From assembly GCA_910584095.1 (NCBI GenBank), contig CAJTYU010000014.1:8710-72709 (forward strand): a stretch of 64,000 nucleotides of DNA, written 5' to 3'. Made by a program: the position numbers and the translations under genes. This stretch comes from an uncultured Dorea sp. Its GTDB lineage: Bacteria; Bacillota; Clostridia; Lachnospirales; Lachnospiraceae. Below are positions 21,544 to 31,869 of the stretch, piece by piece. The notes under the pieces are model-generated. The model searched no databases, was not told the DNA's origin, and saw only the letters and a list, made by a program, of their open reading frames with translations. How positions within the stretch are numbered: position 1 is the first letter of the stretch; each line of letters opens with the position of its first letter.

Positions 21544-23295
21544 CTATTTATCATATGCAAGATAAGCGCCTTTCATCGGACTCGCCGCAAGTTCGCTGAA
21601 TAGGCGCAGCACTCCCTTCTGATATTTCGGCTCGCGCCGTTTCCAGTTCTTCCTCCGCTCTGCAAGCGCCTGATCAATTTCCTCCATTGTCTTGCGTTCT
21701 CCGGCAATCCCTACAATATTCAATTTCCGTTCAAACACATCAATCTCTATCAAATCTCCCTCTTCTACCAGTGCAATCGGTCCGCCGTCTACCGCCTCCG
21801 GACTGCAGTGTCCAATTACCGGCCCCGTAGACGCCCCGGAAAACCGCCCGTCTGTGATCAGCGCAATACTGCGTCCCAATTCTTTATCACTGCTGATCGC
21901 TTCTGAAGTGTAGAACATTTCTGGCATTCCGCTTCCTTTCGGCCCTTCATAGCGGATAAATACGGCGTCGCCTTTTTCTACCTTATGTTTTAATACTGCA
22001 TCCAGACATTCTTCCTCACTGTCAAACGGCCTTGCCCTGAGAACTGCCCGATACATCTCCGGCGGGCAGGCGGTATGCTTAATCACTGCCCCTTCCGGCG
22101 CCAGATTCCCTTTTAGTACCGCGACGCTTCCATTTGTTCCAATCGCCTGATTGTAAGGACGGATGATATCCTCTTTCGTCAGCGTTACGCCATAACGCTT
22201 ATTAAAATCTTCCAGCCAGCGGCCGCATTTCTCATAAAAACCATGCTCTTTCAGGTCTTTTAAGTTTTCTCCCAAGGTTTTCCCGGTCACCGTCATCACA
22301 TCCAGATGCAGATGCTCCTTAATTTCCTCCATGATCGCCGGAACGCCTCCAGCATAATAAAACACCTCTGCCGGCCAGCGCCCCGCCGGGCGGATATCCA
22401 ACAGATACCGGGCTCCCCTGTGCAGCCTGTCGAAGGTATCCCCGGTAATTTCTATGCCAAATTCATGGGCCAGCGCCGGAAGATGCAATAGGCTGTTGGT
22501 GCTGCCGGAAATCGCGGCATGAACCAGAATCGCATTTTCAAAGCTCTCCATCGTCACAATGTCGCTGGGCTTCATGTGCGGCATGACGGCAAGCTTCACC
22601 GCCTGCTGACCCGCCTTATAAGCATATTCCTTCAGATCCGGACTTGCAGCGGGCATCAGCGCGCTTCCCGGAAGCGCCAGTCCAAGCGCCTCCGCCATAA
22701 TCTGCATGGTAGAAGCAGTTCCGATAAAGGAGCAGGCTCCGCAGCTTGGGCAGGCATTGCATTTCGCCCAGTCCAGCTCCTTCTCATCAATTTCGCCGCG
22801 TTCATACTGGGCGCTGTACATACCGAGCTGCTCTAACGTCAGCATCTGCGGCCCGGCGTTCATCGTTCCTCCCGGAACTACCACAGCCGGAATATTCACT
22901 CTTGCAAGCCCCATCAAATTAGCAGGCATTCCCTTATCGCAGCTTGCCAGATAAACGCCCCCGTCAAAGGGCGTTGCCCCCGCATGTATTTCGATCATAT
23001 TCGCGATCATTTCCCGGCTTGCAAGACTGTAGTTAATCCCGTCCGTTCCTTGGCTTTCCCCGTCGCAGATATCTGTAGCAAAATATCTCGCCCCATGACC
23101 TCCGGCGTCCGCTATGCCCTTACGTGCTTCTTCTACTAATATATCCAAATGTCCGCTTCCCGGATGGCTGTCGCCAAATGTACTCTCAATCATAATCTGC
23201 GGTTTCGCAAGATCCTCCTTGGTCCATCCCGTTCCAATCCGGAGGGGATCCAGCTCCGGTGCAAGCTTACGCATTTCCTGACTTACTAATTTCAT
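21544..23295 (-). CDS. IlvD/Edd-family dehydratase, probably a sugar-acid (gluconate) dehydratase
   Basis: CDG, SCDK, CGAC Fe-S motifs, YEGPKG.GMPEM, TDGRFSG; sits between a GntP permease and eda/kdgK. Confidence 0.85.
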   Translation of the reverse strand: MKLVSQEMRKLAPELDPLRIGTGWTKEDLAKPQIMIESTFGDSHPGSGHLDILVEEARKGIADAGGHGARYFATDICDGESQGTDGINYSLASREMIANMIEIHAGATPFDGGVYLASCDKGMPANLMGLARVNIPAVVVPGGTMNAGPQMLTLEQLGMYSAQYERGEIDEKELDWAKCNACPSCGACSFIGTASTMQIMAEALGLALPGSALMPAASPDLKEYAYKAGQQAVKLAVMPHMKPSDIVTMESFENAILVHAAISGSTNSLLHLPALAHEFGIEITGDTFDRLHRGARYLLDIRPAGRWPAEVFYYAGGVPAIMEEIKEHLHLDVMTVTGKTLGENLKDLKEHGFYEKCGRWLEDFNKRYGVTLTKEDIIRPYNQAIGTNGSVAVLKGNLAPEGAVIKHTACPPEMYRAVLRARPFDSEEECLDAVLKHKVEKGDAVFIRYEGPKGSGMPEMFYTSEAISSDKELGRSIALITDGRFSGASTGPVIGHCSPEAVDGGPIALVEEGDLIEIDVFERKLNIVGIAGERKTMEEIDQALAERRKNWKRREPKYQKGVLRLFSELAASPMKGAYLAYDK

Positions 23296-23314
23296 ACCTG
23301 TCTCTCCTCCAATC

Positions 23315-24670
23315 CTATGCAAAAAATGAAATAATCAAAGCAATAATAAATCCTGTGCCGCCCACCAGCGTCTCCATAATCGTCCATGTCTTAAGAGTCG
23401 TCTTTTCATCCAATCCGACCAGTGATTTCACCAGCCAGAAACCAGAATCATTAAAGTGCGAGCAAACGGTCGCACCGCCTGCTACTGCCATGACTACGCA
23501 GGCAAGATACAGCGGAGACAGTTCCGTAATTCCCGGCAGAGCCGCAATGATCCCGGCTGCCATCGTCATAGCTACCGTTGCGGAGCCTACACAGATACGT
23601 ACCAGCGCAGCTACAATAAACGCAATCAGAACAATCGGAAGATTTGCAGAGGATACTGCATTTCCAATTACATCTCCAAGCCCCGAATATTGAAGCATAT
23701 ACCTAAGCACGCCGCCGCAGGCAGTGACCAGAAGAATCAGCCCGGTCGGCTCCAATGATTTTGTCATAATTTTCTCCAGTTCAGGCATCGTATACCCATG
23801 TCTGGTACCAAGCATATACATTGCTGCAAGCGTTGCAATCAACAGCGCCATAAAGGGCTGCCCTAAAAACGCAAGAACCGGCTCTGCAGGCGCCATCGCC
23901 GGAACAACCCCCGCAACGGATTTCAGCACGATCAATACCAGCGGAATCAGAATAATTCCCACCACCGTGCCAAATCCCGGCAATTTGGATTCATCAAATT
24001 CTTCTTGGTTTGCCACATGCTCCGGAACAGGCACATAATATTTCTTCCCACAGATGGAACCCCAGACAGGCCCGGAAACTACCATCGCTACAAATCCGCA
24101 TAAAATACCAACCAAAATTACAATTCCAAGATCCACATCCAGCATTGTCGCTACCAGAACCGGGCCCGGCGTAGGCGGAATAAACGCATGGCCTACCGCA
24201 AGTCCGGCAAGCAGAGGAACCGCATAGAACAAAGATGAGCGCTTCGTCTTCTTGGCCAATGAAAAAGCCAAAGGAATCAGAATGATCAGGCCAGCGTCAA
24301 AGAATACCGGCATCGCAATAACAAGGCCTGTAATTCCAAGGGCCCACGCCGCTTTCTGGTCCCCAAATTTATTTACCATTGTTACCGCCAGCGTCTGCGC
24401 GCCTCCCGATACTTCCAATATCGCCCCAAACATAGATCCCAAGCCAACCAGCAAAGCAATACCTTTTAACGTGAGACTAATACCGTCGTCTACCGCCGTC
24501 ACAATATCGTCAAAGGGCATTCCCGCAATCATGCCAATCGCAACCGCCCCGATTAAGATCGATAGCATAGCATGAACCTTGAACTTAATAATTAACACTA
24601 GCAAAATCGCCAATCCTATTACTGCCGCCAGAATCAGCCGCGAAGAATTTAAAGCTGCTGTAGCTTCCAT
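23315..24670 (-). CDS. GntP-family gluconate:H+ symporter
   Basis: PVFFDAG, PPTPGP, GSATVA, SHFNDSGFW. Confidence 0.93.
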   Translation of the reverse strand: MEATAALNSSRLILAAVIGLAILLVLIIKFKVHAMLSILIGAVAIGMIAGMPFDDIVTAVDDGISLTLKGIALLVGLGSMFGAILEVSGGAQTLAVTMVNKFGDQKAAWALGITGLVIAMPVFFDAGLIILIPLAFSLAKKTKRSSLFYAVPLLAGLAVGHAFIPPTPGPVLVATMLDVDLGIVILVGILCGFVAMVVSGPVWGSICGKKYYVPVPEHVANQEEFDESKLPGFGTVVGIILIPLVLIVLKSVAGVVPAMAPAEPVLAFLGQPFMALLIATLAAMYMLGTRHGYTMPELEKIMTKSLEPTGLILLVTACGGVLRYMLQYSGLGDVIGNAVSSANLPIVLIAFIVAALVRICVGSATVAMTMAAGIIAALPGITELSPLYLACVVMAVAGGATVCSHFNDSGFWLVKSLVGLDEKTTLKTWTIMETLVGGTGFIIALIISFFA

Positions 24671-24705
24671 TTCTCATACCTCCATATGTACTCTCTTTTT
24701 CTTTT

Positions 24706-24781
24706 AAACATCAGACGTCTTATGTTTCATGCCTAAATTATATATAATTCTTGATTTCTTGTAAATACATCTGATGTATTT
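24706..24781 (-). promoter_or_regulatory. sigmaA promoter flanked by two palindromic GntR/FadR-type operators
   Basis: TTTACA-17-TATAAT (24765-24737); palindromes aaacatcagacgtcttatgttt (24706-24727) and aaatacatctgatgtattt (24763-24781). Confidence 0.75.
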
Positions 24782-24907
24782 TGTTCTGATTCTACTCTTT
24801 GCATAAAAAAGGGTTTGTTTTTTCATAAAAACAAACCCTTTTTTATGCACTTTTTCCATACGGCCTATATCCTTATTCAAAATCCTCTATCACCGAGGTT
24901 AAACACA

Positions 24908-25663
24908 TCAGACATTTTGCGCCTCAGACGGTGTTATAATTTGAATTTCCCGCCTCTTTTCCTCATCATGGCTCTCCTTTATCTGCATCAGCATCTGACG
25001 GTTATAAGTCAAATGCATAATAGACGCATATCTAGCCCCGGCAGAATCGCCCTTTTCTATTGCCTCCACAATCGCTCTATGCGTATATATCGTTTCTTTC
25101 AATAGCTTCCTTTTCGTAAGATTCACAAAAGATAATACCGAACTTTGTATAATAGGCTGCAGGATCTCAATTACCCTGTTCTTGCTGCATTTCGCAATAT
25201 AGGTATGAAATTCTACATCCTTATTCGCATGGTTCTTTCCAGCGAGAAACAATTCTTCCGTCTCGTCGCACAATCGCTTTAACTGCCGTTTGTCTTCTTC
25301 TTCAGCATTCTCTGCCGCAAGCGACGCAATATTCGGCTCAATCATCAAACGGACTTCTACTAATTCCAGAGCCAGCTCATACTTATCCGGGAATTGGGAA
25401 AATCCAAGGGGATCATCCTCCAATTTATTGGTGCTCACAACATATGTCCCAGACCCTCTCCGCACCTCAAGAATCCCCTTGGATACCAGACTTTTCACCG
25501 TTTCCCGTATCGTACTCCTTCCAACGCCAAACTTCTCCGCAAGCTCATATTCATTGGGAATCTTCTGACCGATCTCAATTGGTTCCTTTAAAATATAATT
25601 CATCAGCTCATCCTCTACCTGGGAGGCAAGCAATTTCTTATTTATCTTTTCACACTGATACAT
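24908..25663 (-). CDS. FadR/GntR-family transcriptional regulator
   Basis: PNEYELAEKFGVGRSTIRE..RRGSGTYV wHTH; FCD C-terminal domain. Confidence 0.93.
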   Translation of the reverse strand: MYQCEKINKKLLASQVEDELMNYILKEPIEIGQKIPNEYELAEKFGVGRSTIRETVKSLVSKGILEVRRGSGTYVVSTNKLEDDPLGFSQFPDKYELALELVEVRLMIEPNIASLAAENAEEEDKRQLKRLCDETEELFLAGKNHANKDVEFHTYIAKCSKNRVIEILQPIIQSSVLSFVNLTKRKLLKETIYTHRAIVEAIEKGDSAGARYASIMHLTYNRQMLMQIKESHDEEKRREIQIITPSEAQNV

Positions 25664-25780
25664 ACCATTCTCCTTCTGAAGCGCTTCGATTCTCTGCTCT
25701 AAAAATCTCTGAATTTATAATTCATCATACCATTTTCCCCATGCAATCTCAACTCAAAACTGATCTGCCAAATGTATGAT

Positions 25781-25807
25781 AAAAGGGATGTGCCAAAGCA
25801 CATCCCC
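25781..25807 (-). terminator. Intrinsic terminator after the EF-G paralog
   Basis: gggatgtgc/gcacatccc stem, followed by TTTT on the minus strand. Confidence 0.75.
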
Positions 25808-25834
25808 ATAAACATAGAGCCTTCTTATTCTTTT

Positions 25835-27910
25835 CTACTCTTCTGCAGCGCGCTTTGCAATCTCTGCTTCCTGCACGTCAGACGGAGCCTGCTCATAGCG
25901 GGCAAATTCATACTCGTAAGTACCTCTGCCGCCCGTCATGGAACGAAGCACGGTACAGTATCCAAACATACCGGTCATCGGCACGTCCGCCTCGATTGCG
26001 GTACGGCCTCCGCCTACCGGATTCATGCCCAGTACGCGGCCGCGGCGCTTATTCAAATCACCCATAACATCGCCGGTGTAATCATCCGGAACCGTAACCT
26101 TCACAGATACGATTGGCTCTAAGAGAACCGGGCCCGCTTCCATGAAGCCCTTCTTGAACGCCTGAATCGTAGCCGTCTTAAACGCCATCTCTGAAGAGTC
26201 CACCGGATGGTAAGAGCCATCATACAGGATCGCCTTCACGCCCACTACCGGATATCCGGCCAAAGGTCCTTTAAGTACAGATTCCTGGAGTCCCTTCTCT
26301 ACAGCCGGAAAATAATTCTTCGGAACCGCTCCGCCTACCACCACTTCTTCAAACACGAAAGGCGTCTCCAGATCTCCAGACGGCTCAAACTTCATCTTAA
26401 CATGGCCGTACTGTCCGTGTCCGCCGGACTGCTTCTTGTACTTGGTATCCACATCCGAATTCTTCTTCAGAGTCTCGCGGAATGCAACCTTCGGCGTCTC
26501 CAGTATAATCTCGCACTTATATCTTGCAGCCAGCTTGCTTGCAATAATCTCAAGGTGCTGGTCGCCCATACCGTAAAGCAGCGTCTGGCGGTTCTCGCTG
26601 TCATTGATTACCTTAATCGTAACGTCTTCCGCCATCATCCTCTGCAGCGCTTGAGACACCTTGTCCTCATCCCCCTTATTCTTGCAGGAATACTTCATAT
26701 ATGTATAAGGCTTGGAGTATTCTGTCTTTCCAAACAGAACCTGATTAGCTTTGGTAGACAGAGTATCGCCGGTCTTCGTGCTGGACAGCTTTGCAATCGC
26801 GCCAATATCGCCGGCAAACATCTCGCTTACTTCCACCGGCTTATTACCGCACATGGTATAAATCTTACCAAGCTTCTCCTCTGTCTCCGCACCTGCGTTA
26901 TATAAAACATCATCGCCCTTCAGCACGCCGGAGCATACCTTAACGAAAGAATATTTACCGATAAACGGATCAACCATAGTCTTAAATACATAAGCGCTCT
27001 TTGAAGCGGCAAAATTATAGTTTGCTTCAAACATCTCATTGGTTGTACGGTTAATTCCAATACATTCCCTGCAGTCCGGGCTTGGGAAGAAACGAACGAT
27101 ATCGGATAACAGATTCGCTACGCCCTGCGCCTGGACATTAGAACCCATAGCAACCGGAACGATACTTCCGCTCATAACCTCCGTACGCATCGCCGCGCGG
27201 ATCTCTTCCACGGAGAACTCATCTCCTTCAAAGTATCTGTCCATAAACTCATCGCTGGTCTCTGCAACAGACTCCAGCAGCTTCTCCCGGTAATTCTCTA
27301 CATATTCCATGCAGTAATCCGGAATCTCACATTCTTCTCTTGTACCGATGCCTGTGTACTTCCTTCCCGCATTCTTGATCAAATTCACATAACCCACAAG
27401 CTTCTCATTTTCACGAATCGGTGAAAAATGCGGCGCAATCACCTTGCCGTATTTTTCGGTCAGATCTTCTACAATCTGACGGAAGCTGGCGTCGTCCACA
27501 TCCATCTCGGTCACATATACCATACGAGGCAGGTTGTACTTATCACACAGTTCCCATGCCTTTTCCGTCCCGACTTCCACACCCGCTTTTCCAGATACTA
27601 CGATGATCGCCGCATCCGCTGCGCTGGCCGCTTCCTCCGCCTCGCCGACGAAATCAAAATAACCGGGAGTATCCAGCACGTTAATCTTCGCCTTCTCCCA
27701 CTCAATTGGTATCAGAGTTGTACCAATTGAAAATCCGCGTTTCTGTTCCTCTTTATCAAAATCGCTGATCGTATTGCCGTCGGACACCTTGCCCATACGG
27801 TTTGATGCGCCTGATACATAAGCCATGGCCTCAACAAGACTTGTCTTCCCACATCCTCCATGTCCCAGCAGAACTACGTTTCTGATCTCGTCTGTTCTGT
27901 ATACCTTCAT
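25835..27910 (-). CDS. Elongation factor G paralog (EF-G2-like, outside the str operon)
   Basis: GHGGCGKT, DTPG, GMGDQHL, KKQSGGHGQYG, GSYHPVDSS, LLEP; no rpsL/rpsG/tuf nearby. Confidence 0.92.
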   Translation of the reverse strand: MKVYRTDEIRNVVLLGHGGCGKTSLVEAMAYVSGASNRMGKVSDGNTISDFDKEEQKRGFSIGTTLIPIEWEKAKINVLDTPGYFDFVGEAEEAASAADAAIIVVSGKAGVEVGTEKAWELCDKYNLPRMVYVTEMDVDDASFRQIVEDLTEKYGKVIAPHFSPIRENEKLVGYVNLIKNAGRKYTGIGTREECEIPDYCMEYVENYREKLLESVAETSDEFMDRYFEGDEFSVEEIRAAMRTEVMSGSIVPVAMGSNVQAQGVANLLSDIVRFFPSPDCRECIGINRTTNEMFEANYNFAASKSAYVFKTMVDPFIGKYSFVKVCSGVLKGDDVLYNAGAETEEKLGKIYTMCGNKPVEVSEMFAGDIGAIAKLSSTKTGDTLSTKANQVLFGKTEYSKPYTYMKYSCKNKGDEDKVSQALQRMMAEDVTIKVINDSENRQTLLYGMGDQHLEIIASKLAARYKCEIILETPKVAFRETLKKNSDVDTKYKKQSGGHGQYGHVKMKFEPSGDLETPFVFEEVVVGGAVPKNYFPAVEKGLQESVLKGPLAGYPVVGVKAILYDGSYHPVDSSEMAFKTATIQAFKKGFMEAGPVLLEPIVSVKVTVPDDYTGDVMGDLNKRRGRVLGMNPVGGGRTAIEADVPMTGMFGYCTVLRSMTGGRGTYEYEFARYEQAPSDVQEAEIAKRAAEE

Positions 27911-28145
27911 ATTTGCTGCCTCCTTAAAATTAAGTTCTCATGGATATATTGTACTAAATTTTCTTCTCCGTTACAACTATTTTATCAGTTTTTAACAAAA
28001 TAAAGCATATACAATAAGCAGACCGCCGCACTGAGTCTCCTTCCGGCAAGCATCAAAGTCTGAATATAGTGGTATAAATAAAAAAGTTCTGTTATAATAA
28101 GCACGACAGAATAGGCAGAATCACTGCACGAAAGGAATGATTACT

Positions 28146-29243
28146 ATGAACTCTAAGAAAATCGGTTTTATCGGACTCGGACTCATCGGCGGCTCTATCG
28201 CAAAGGCAATCCGCCGTTATTATCCCGATTATAAAATTATTGCTTTCGATCATAATAAAGAAACGCTTGCTCTGGCAACCAGAGAATCTGTGATTCACGT
28301 TGCCTGTACGTCCATCGACAATAATTTCAGGGGCTGCAGCTATATCTTCCTCTGCGCCCCCGCCGGATATAATACCTCCTATATGGAAGACCTGCTCCCC
28401 TTCCTCCACCCGGATCTCATCCTGACAGATGTGGGAAGCGTCAAAACTCCCATTCATAAAGAAGCGGAAAAGCTGGGGCTGGAGGACTATTTTATCGGAG
28501 GACATCCTATGGCCGGTTCAGAAAAAAGCGGATTTTCCAATTCCAGACCGCTGCTGATTGAAAATGCATATTTTATCCTAACACCGTCTCCGGGCATTCC
28601 AAAAGAAAAGGTTGATTCATATACCGCTTTTGCAAAATCCCTGCACTCAATCCCACTGGTTCTGGATTACCAAACGCACGATCAGGTAACCGGTACTATC
28701 AGCCATCTGCCCCATATCATTGCCGCCTCTCTGGTAAATTTTGTGAGAGACGCCGATACCGCGGATGAGCTCATGAAACATTTAGCTGCAGGCGGCTTCA
28801 AAGACATCACACGAATCGCCTCTTCCTCTCCTACCATGTGGCAGCACATCTGCACGCAAAACAAAGACAATATTTCCCGGCTCCTTGAAGACTATATCGG
28901 GACGTTATCACAGGCAAAGAAACTGATCGAGCAAGGACAGGCGCACAAGATCTACGACATGTTCGATCATGCCGGGAGCTACCGCGATTCCATGCCCGAC
29001 AGCTCCGCAGGGCTGATCAAAAAATCTTTCTGCATCTACTGCGATATTCTGGACGAATCCGGCGCGATTGCCACAATCGCCACAATTCTGGCGTCCAATG
29101 CAATTAGTATGAAAAACGTAGGAATCGTCCACAACCGGGAATTTGAGGAAGGCGTCTTAAGGATCGAATTTTACGACGAATCTTCCTGCGATAGGGCTGT
29201 GTCTCTGCTTAAAAAACACCGCTACGTCATTTATGAACGTTAA
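28146..29243 (+). CDS. tyrA: Prephenate dehydrogenase with C-terminal ACT domain
   Basis: GLGLIGGS, DVGSVK, GGHPMAGSE, SHLPH, GFKDITRIA. Confidence 0.95.
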   Translation: MNSKKIGFIGLGLIGGSIAKAIRRYYPDYKIIAFDHNKETLALATRESVIHVACTSIDNNFRGCSYIFLCAPAGYNTSYMEDLLPFLHPDLILTDVGSVKTPIHKEAEKLGLEDYFIGGHPMAGSEKSGFSNSRPLLIENAYFILTPSPGIPKEKVDSYTAFAKSLHSIPLVLDYQTHDQVTGTISHLPHIIAASLVNFVRDADTADELMKHLAAGGFKDITRIASSSPTMWQHICTQNKDNISRLLEDYIGTLSQAKKLIEQGQAHKIYDMFDHAGSYRDSMPDSSAGLIKKSFCIYCDILDESGAIATIATILASNAISMKNVGIVHNREFEEGVLRIEFYDESSCDRAVSLLKKHRYVIYER

Positions 29244-29270
29244 CGCTATTATGAAATGAGGAATATATTT

Positions 29271-30560
29271 ATGGAAATCACCCCAGCAAAAAAACTTCGC
29301 GGGGAAGTAACAGTCCCCGGCGATAAATCCATATCCCACCGCTCTGTGATGTTCGGTTCTATTGCCAAAGGGACCACGGAAATCACGAATTTCCTTCAGG
29401 GAGCAGACTGCCTCGCAACTATAGGCTGTTTTCAAAACATGGGAATCGGCATTGAACATACGCCAGACAAAATCATAGTACACGGCAGGGGCCTTCACGG
29501 ACTATCCAAGCCGTCCGGTACCTTAAACACCGGAAACAGCGGCACCACTACGCGCCTGATTTCGGGCATTCTCTCCGGACAGTCCTTCCCCGCCATACTC
29601 TCAGGAGATGAATCTTTAAATTCCAGACCGATGGCGCGGATCATAGAACCTCTAAATACCATGGGAGCGCATATTACCAGCGTCCACGGAAATAACTGCG
29701 CTCCCCTTCTAATTGAGCCTGGCGCCCTCTGCGGATGCCGCTGGGAATCTAAGGTTGCGTCCGCACAGGTCAAGTCCGCCATTCTTCTCGCCGGGCTATA
29801 TGCTGATAGCGAGACCTCCGTCACGGAACCGGTACTGTCCCGCAACCATACGGAGCTGATGTTACATGGCTTTGGCGCCAGAGTCTCCTCTAAAATCAAA
29901 GCAGACGGACGCGCCGCAGCCTCCATTCTTCCATGCGAAGAATTGTACGGGCAGAAAATCAAGATTCCCGGCGACATTTCTTCCGCCGCATATTTTATTG
30001 CGGCGGGACTCATTATTCCCGGTTCGGAAATTCTGGTTAAAAATGTCGGAATCAACCCCACCCGGGCCGGCCTTCTGACTGTCTGCGAAAATATGGGCGC
30101 AGACATCACATACCTGAACAAAACCTCCTCCGGAGGCGAGCCTGCCGCTGATATCCTAGTAAAGCATTCCCCATTAAAGGCCGTCACCATAGAGGGAAGT
30201 ATCATTCCCACATTGATCGACGAGATTCCTATTATCGCCGTCATGGCGGCATTTGCAGAGGGAACCACCGTTATCAAGGACGCCGCCGAGCTGAAAGTAA
30301 AAGAAACCAACCGTATTGATACGGTAACAGAAAATCTGAAGGCTATGGGCGCGGACGTTATACCGACTGAAGACGGTATGATCATCCATGGCGGCAGTAT
30401 GCTCAGAGGCGCCCGCATTAACAGCTATTTGGACCACCGCATCGCTATGGCTTTTGCTGTAGCCGGACTTGCGGCAGAGGGAGTTACCGTTATTGAAAAA
30501 AGCCAATGCGCAGACATCTCTTATCCGGCATTTTTTGAGACGCTGGATTCACTAAAATAA
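29271..30560 (+). CDS. aroA: EPSP synthase
   Basis: PGDKSISHR, GNSGTTTR, SAQVKSA, ELKVKETNR, DHRIAM. Confidence 0.97.
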   Translation: MEITPAKKLRGEVTVPGDKSISHRSVMFGSIAKGTTEITNFLQGADCLATIGCFQNMGIGIEHTPDKIIVHGRGLHGLSKPSGTLNTGNSGTTTRLISGILSGQSFPAILSGDESLNSRPMARIIEPLNTMGAHITSVHGNNCAPLLIEPGALCGCRWESKVASAQVKSAILLAGLYADSETSVTEPVLSRNHTELMLHGFGARVSSKIKADGRAAASILPCEELYGQKIKIPGDISSAAYFIAAGLIIPGSEILVKNVGINPTRAGLLTVCENMGADITYLNKTSSGGEPAADILVKHSPLKAVTIEGSIIPTLIDEIPIIAVMAAFAEGTTVIKDAAELKVKETNRIDTVTENLKAMGADVIPTEDGMIIHGGSMLRGARINSYLDHRIAMAFAVAGLAAEGVTVIEKSQCADISYPAFFETLDSLK

Positions 30561-30568
30561 CTGACCGG

Positions 30569-31177
30569 TTAAAATTCAGCTACTGCTGCTTTGGCCAGCC
30601 GGTCCGCTTCTTCATTATATTGATCGCCCGTATGAGCCTTTACTTTGCAAAATGTGATATCTACACATTTTGCAATTTTTTCATAAAATTCAACATATGC
30701 CTTTGTATAGTCTAAATTAGCTTTCCAGCTCTTCTTCGCCCACATCTCAATTCCTAAATAGTCATAATATATTTTAATCTTCTTAATCCCCTGATCAAAA
30801 GCATACTGCATTACATATTTCGCCGCTTCAATTTCTCCCGCAACGTTCCTTAAATCTGCCAGTTCCGCCTTATTTCCTGAAGACTTGTAAGAGATCTTTT
30901 TACCATTAATGAAAATCAAAGCTGCAGAACCATATACCTTTTTGCTGTTGTCATAACTGCCGTCTATATAAGCATAAATTCCGCATTCATCCCTTGCTGC
31001 CTTTGGCTGAATCTCCTTTTGTCCCGCATCTCCCCGGGCAAACTGACACGCCGCGTCGTAATCTGTAAACGACTTAAAAATGGCGCCGGAAAAACCGTCC
31101 ACCTGTTCTTTGCATTCCGTCCATGATGTGTATATTCCTGTTTTTCTCCCTTTTTTCACTGCATAATATTTTTTCAT
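30569..31177 (-). CDS. rnhA: Ribonuclease HI with N-terminal hybrid-binding (caulimovirus/viroplasmin) domain
   Basis: YYAVKKGRKTGIYTSW; catalytic acids in YIDGSY, NVAGE, YYDY, NEEADRLA; KVKAH. Confidence 0.88.
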   Translation of the reverse strand: MKKYYAVKKGRKTGIYTSWTECKEQVDGFSGAIFKSFTDYDAACQFARGDAGQKEIQPKAARDECGIYAYIDGSYDNSKKVYGSAALIFINGKKISYKSSGNKAELADLRNVAGEIEAAKYVMQYAFDQGIKKIKIYYDYLGIEMWAKKSWKANLDYTKAYVEFYEKIAKCVDITFCKVKAHTGDQYNEEADRLAKAAVAEF

Positions 31178-31215
31178 CTACAATTACCTTCCTTAATTTT
31201 GGATCTGCATTCTTC

Positions 31216-31799
31216 CTATACCGATACCAGAATCGTCATCTGATTGCGCGGATGTCTGGTTCTTAAAATTTCCGCCTGCTTTTTGGCGGCTATATGAATA
31301 TAACTCTGTGTTGTCCTGATAGAGCTATGCCCCAATATCTCCTGCACATAACTGATGTCCACGCCCTCCTCGATCAAAAATGCAGCAAAAGAATGCCGGA
31401 ACATATGCGGCATAATATTCCTCTCAATGCCTGCAAGCTCTGTATATTTTTTCAGCATCATCCGCATCGACTGTTCCGAATTACGGCTCCCTCTATTGTT
31501 TACGAAGAAATATCCGCTATTCTTTATCGCCTCCTGATTCTCTGCATACCGGCCGTCCATATAATTCAATAGCTGTTCTATTTCCTCCCGCGGTATAATC
31601 CTTGGTAAAATGATATCTTCTTTAAACTTACCTTAATCCGCCTGAATGCCGCCTCGCTAACCAATTCTTCCCCTTCCAGATAATTATAAAATGCCCGGAT
31701 GCTCAAATCAATACGGTATGCTTTTAATGACTTTTGATCTAATTCTTTTCTAAATTCACAATATTCCAAATACCTGTTTACTTCGTCCCTTACATTCAT
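31216..31799 (-). pseudogene. Tyrosine recombinase/integrase remnant
   Basis: SAM-like N-terminus (YLEYC..KAYRIDL, SIRAFYNYLE); frameshift at ~31630 into KFKEDIILPRIIPREEIEQLL; C-terminal HMFRHSFA and LGHSSIRTTQSY kept; box I (catalytic Arg) missing. Confidence 0.85.
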
Positions 31800-31869
31800 G
31801 TGCCTTACCTCCATCTAGCTTTTTATGCCAGTGTAGCACAACTCCCCTGTCAGGAACACTTCTATAAAA

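Noticed and set aside
21544..23295. ilvD for branched-chain amino acid synthesis
   Set aside because: The context is gntP/eda/kdgK with no ilv or leu biosynthesis genes.
29495..30418. 307-aa minus-strand ORF
   Set aside because: Antisense shadow of aroA.
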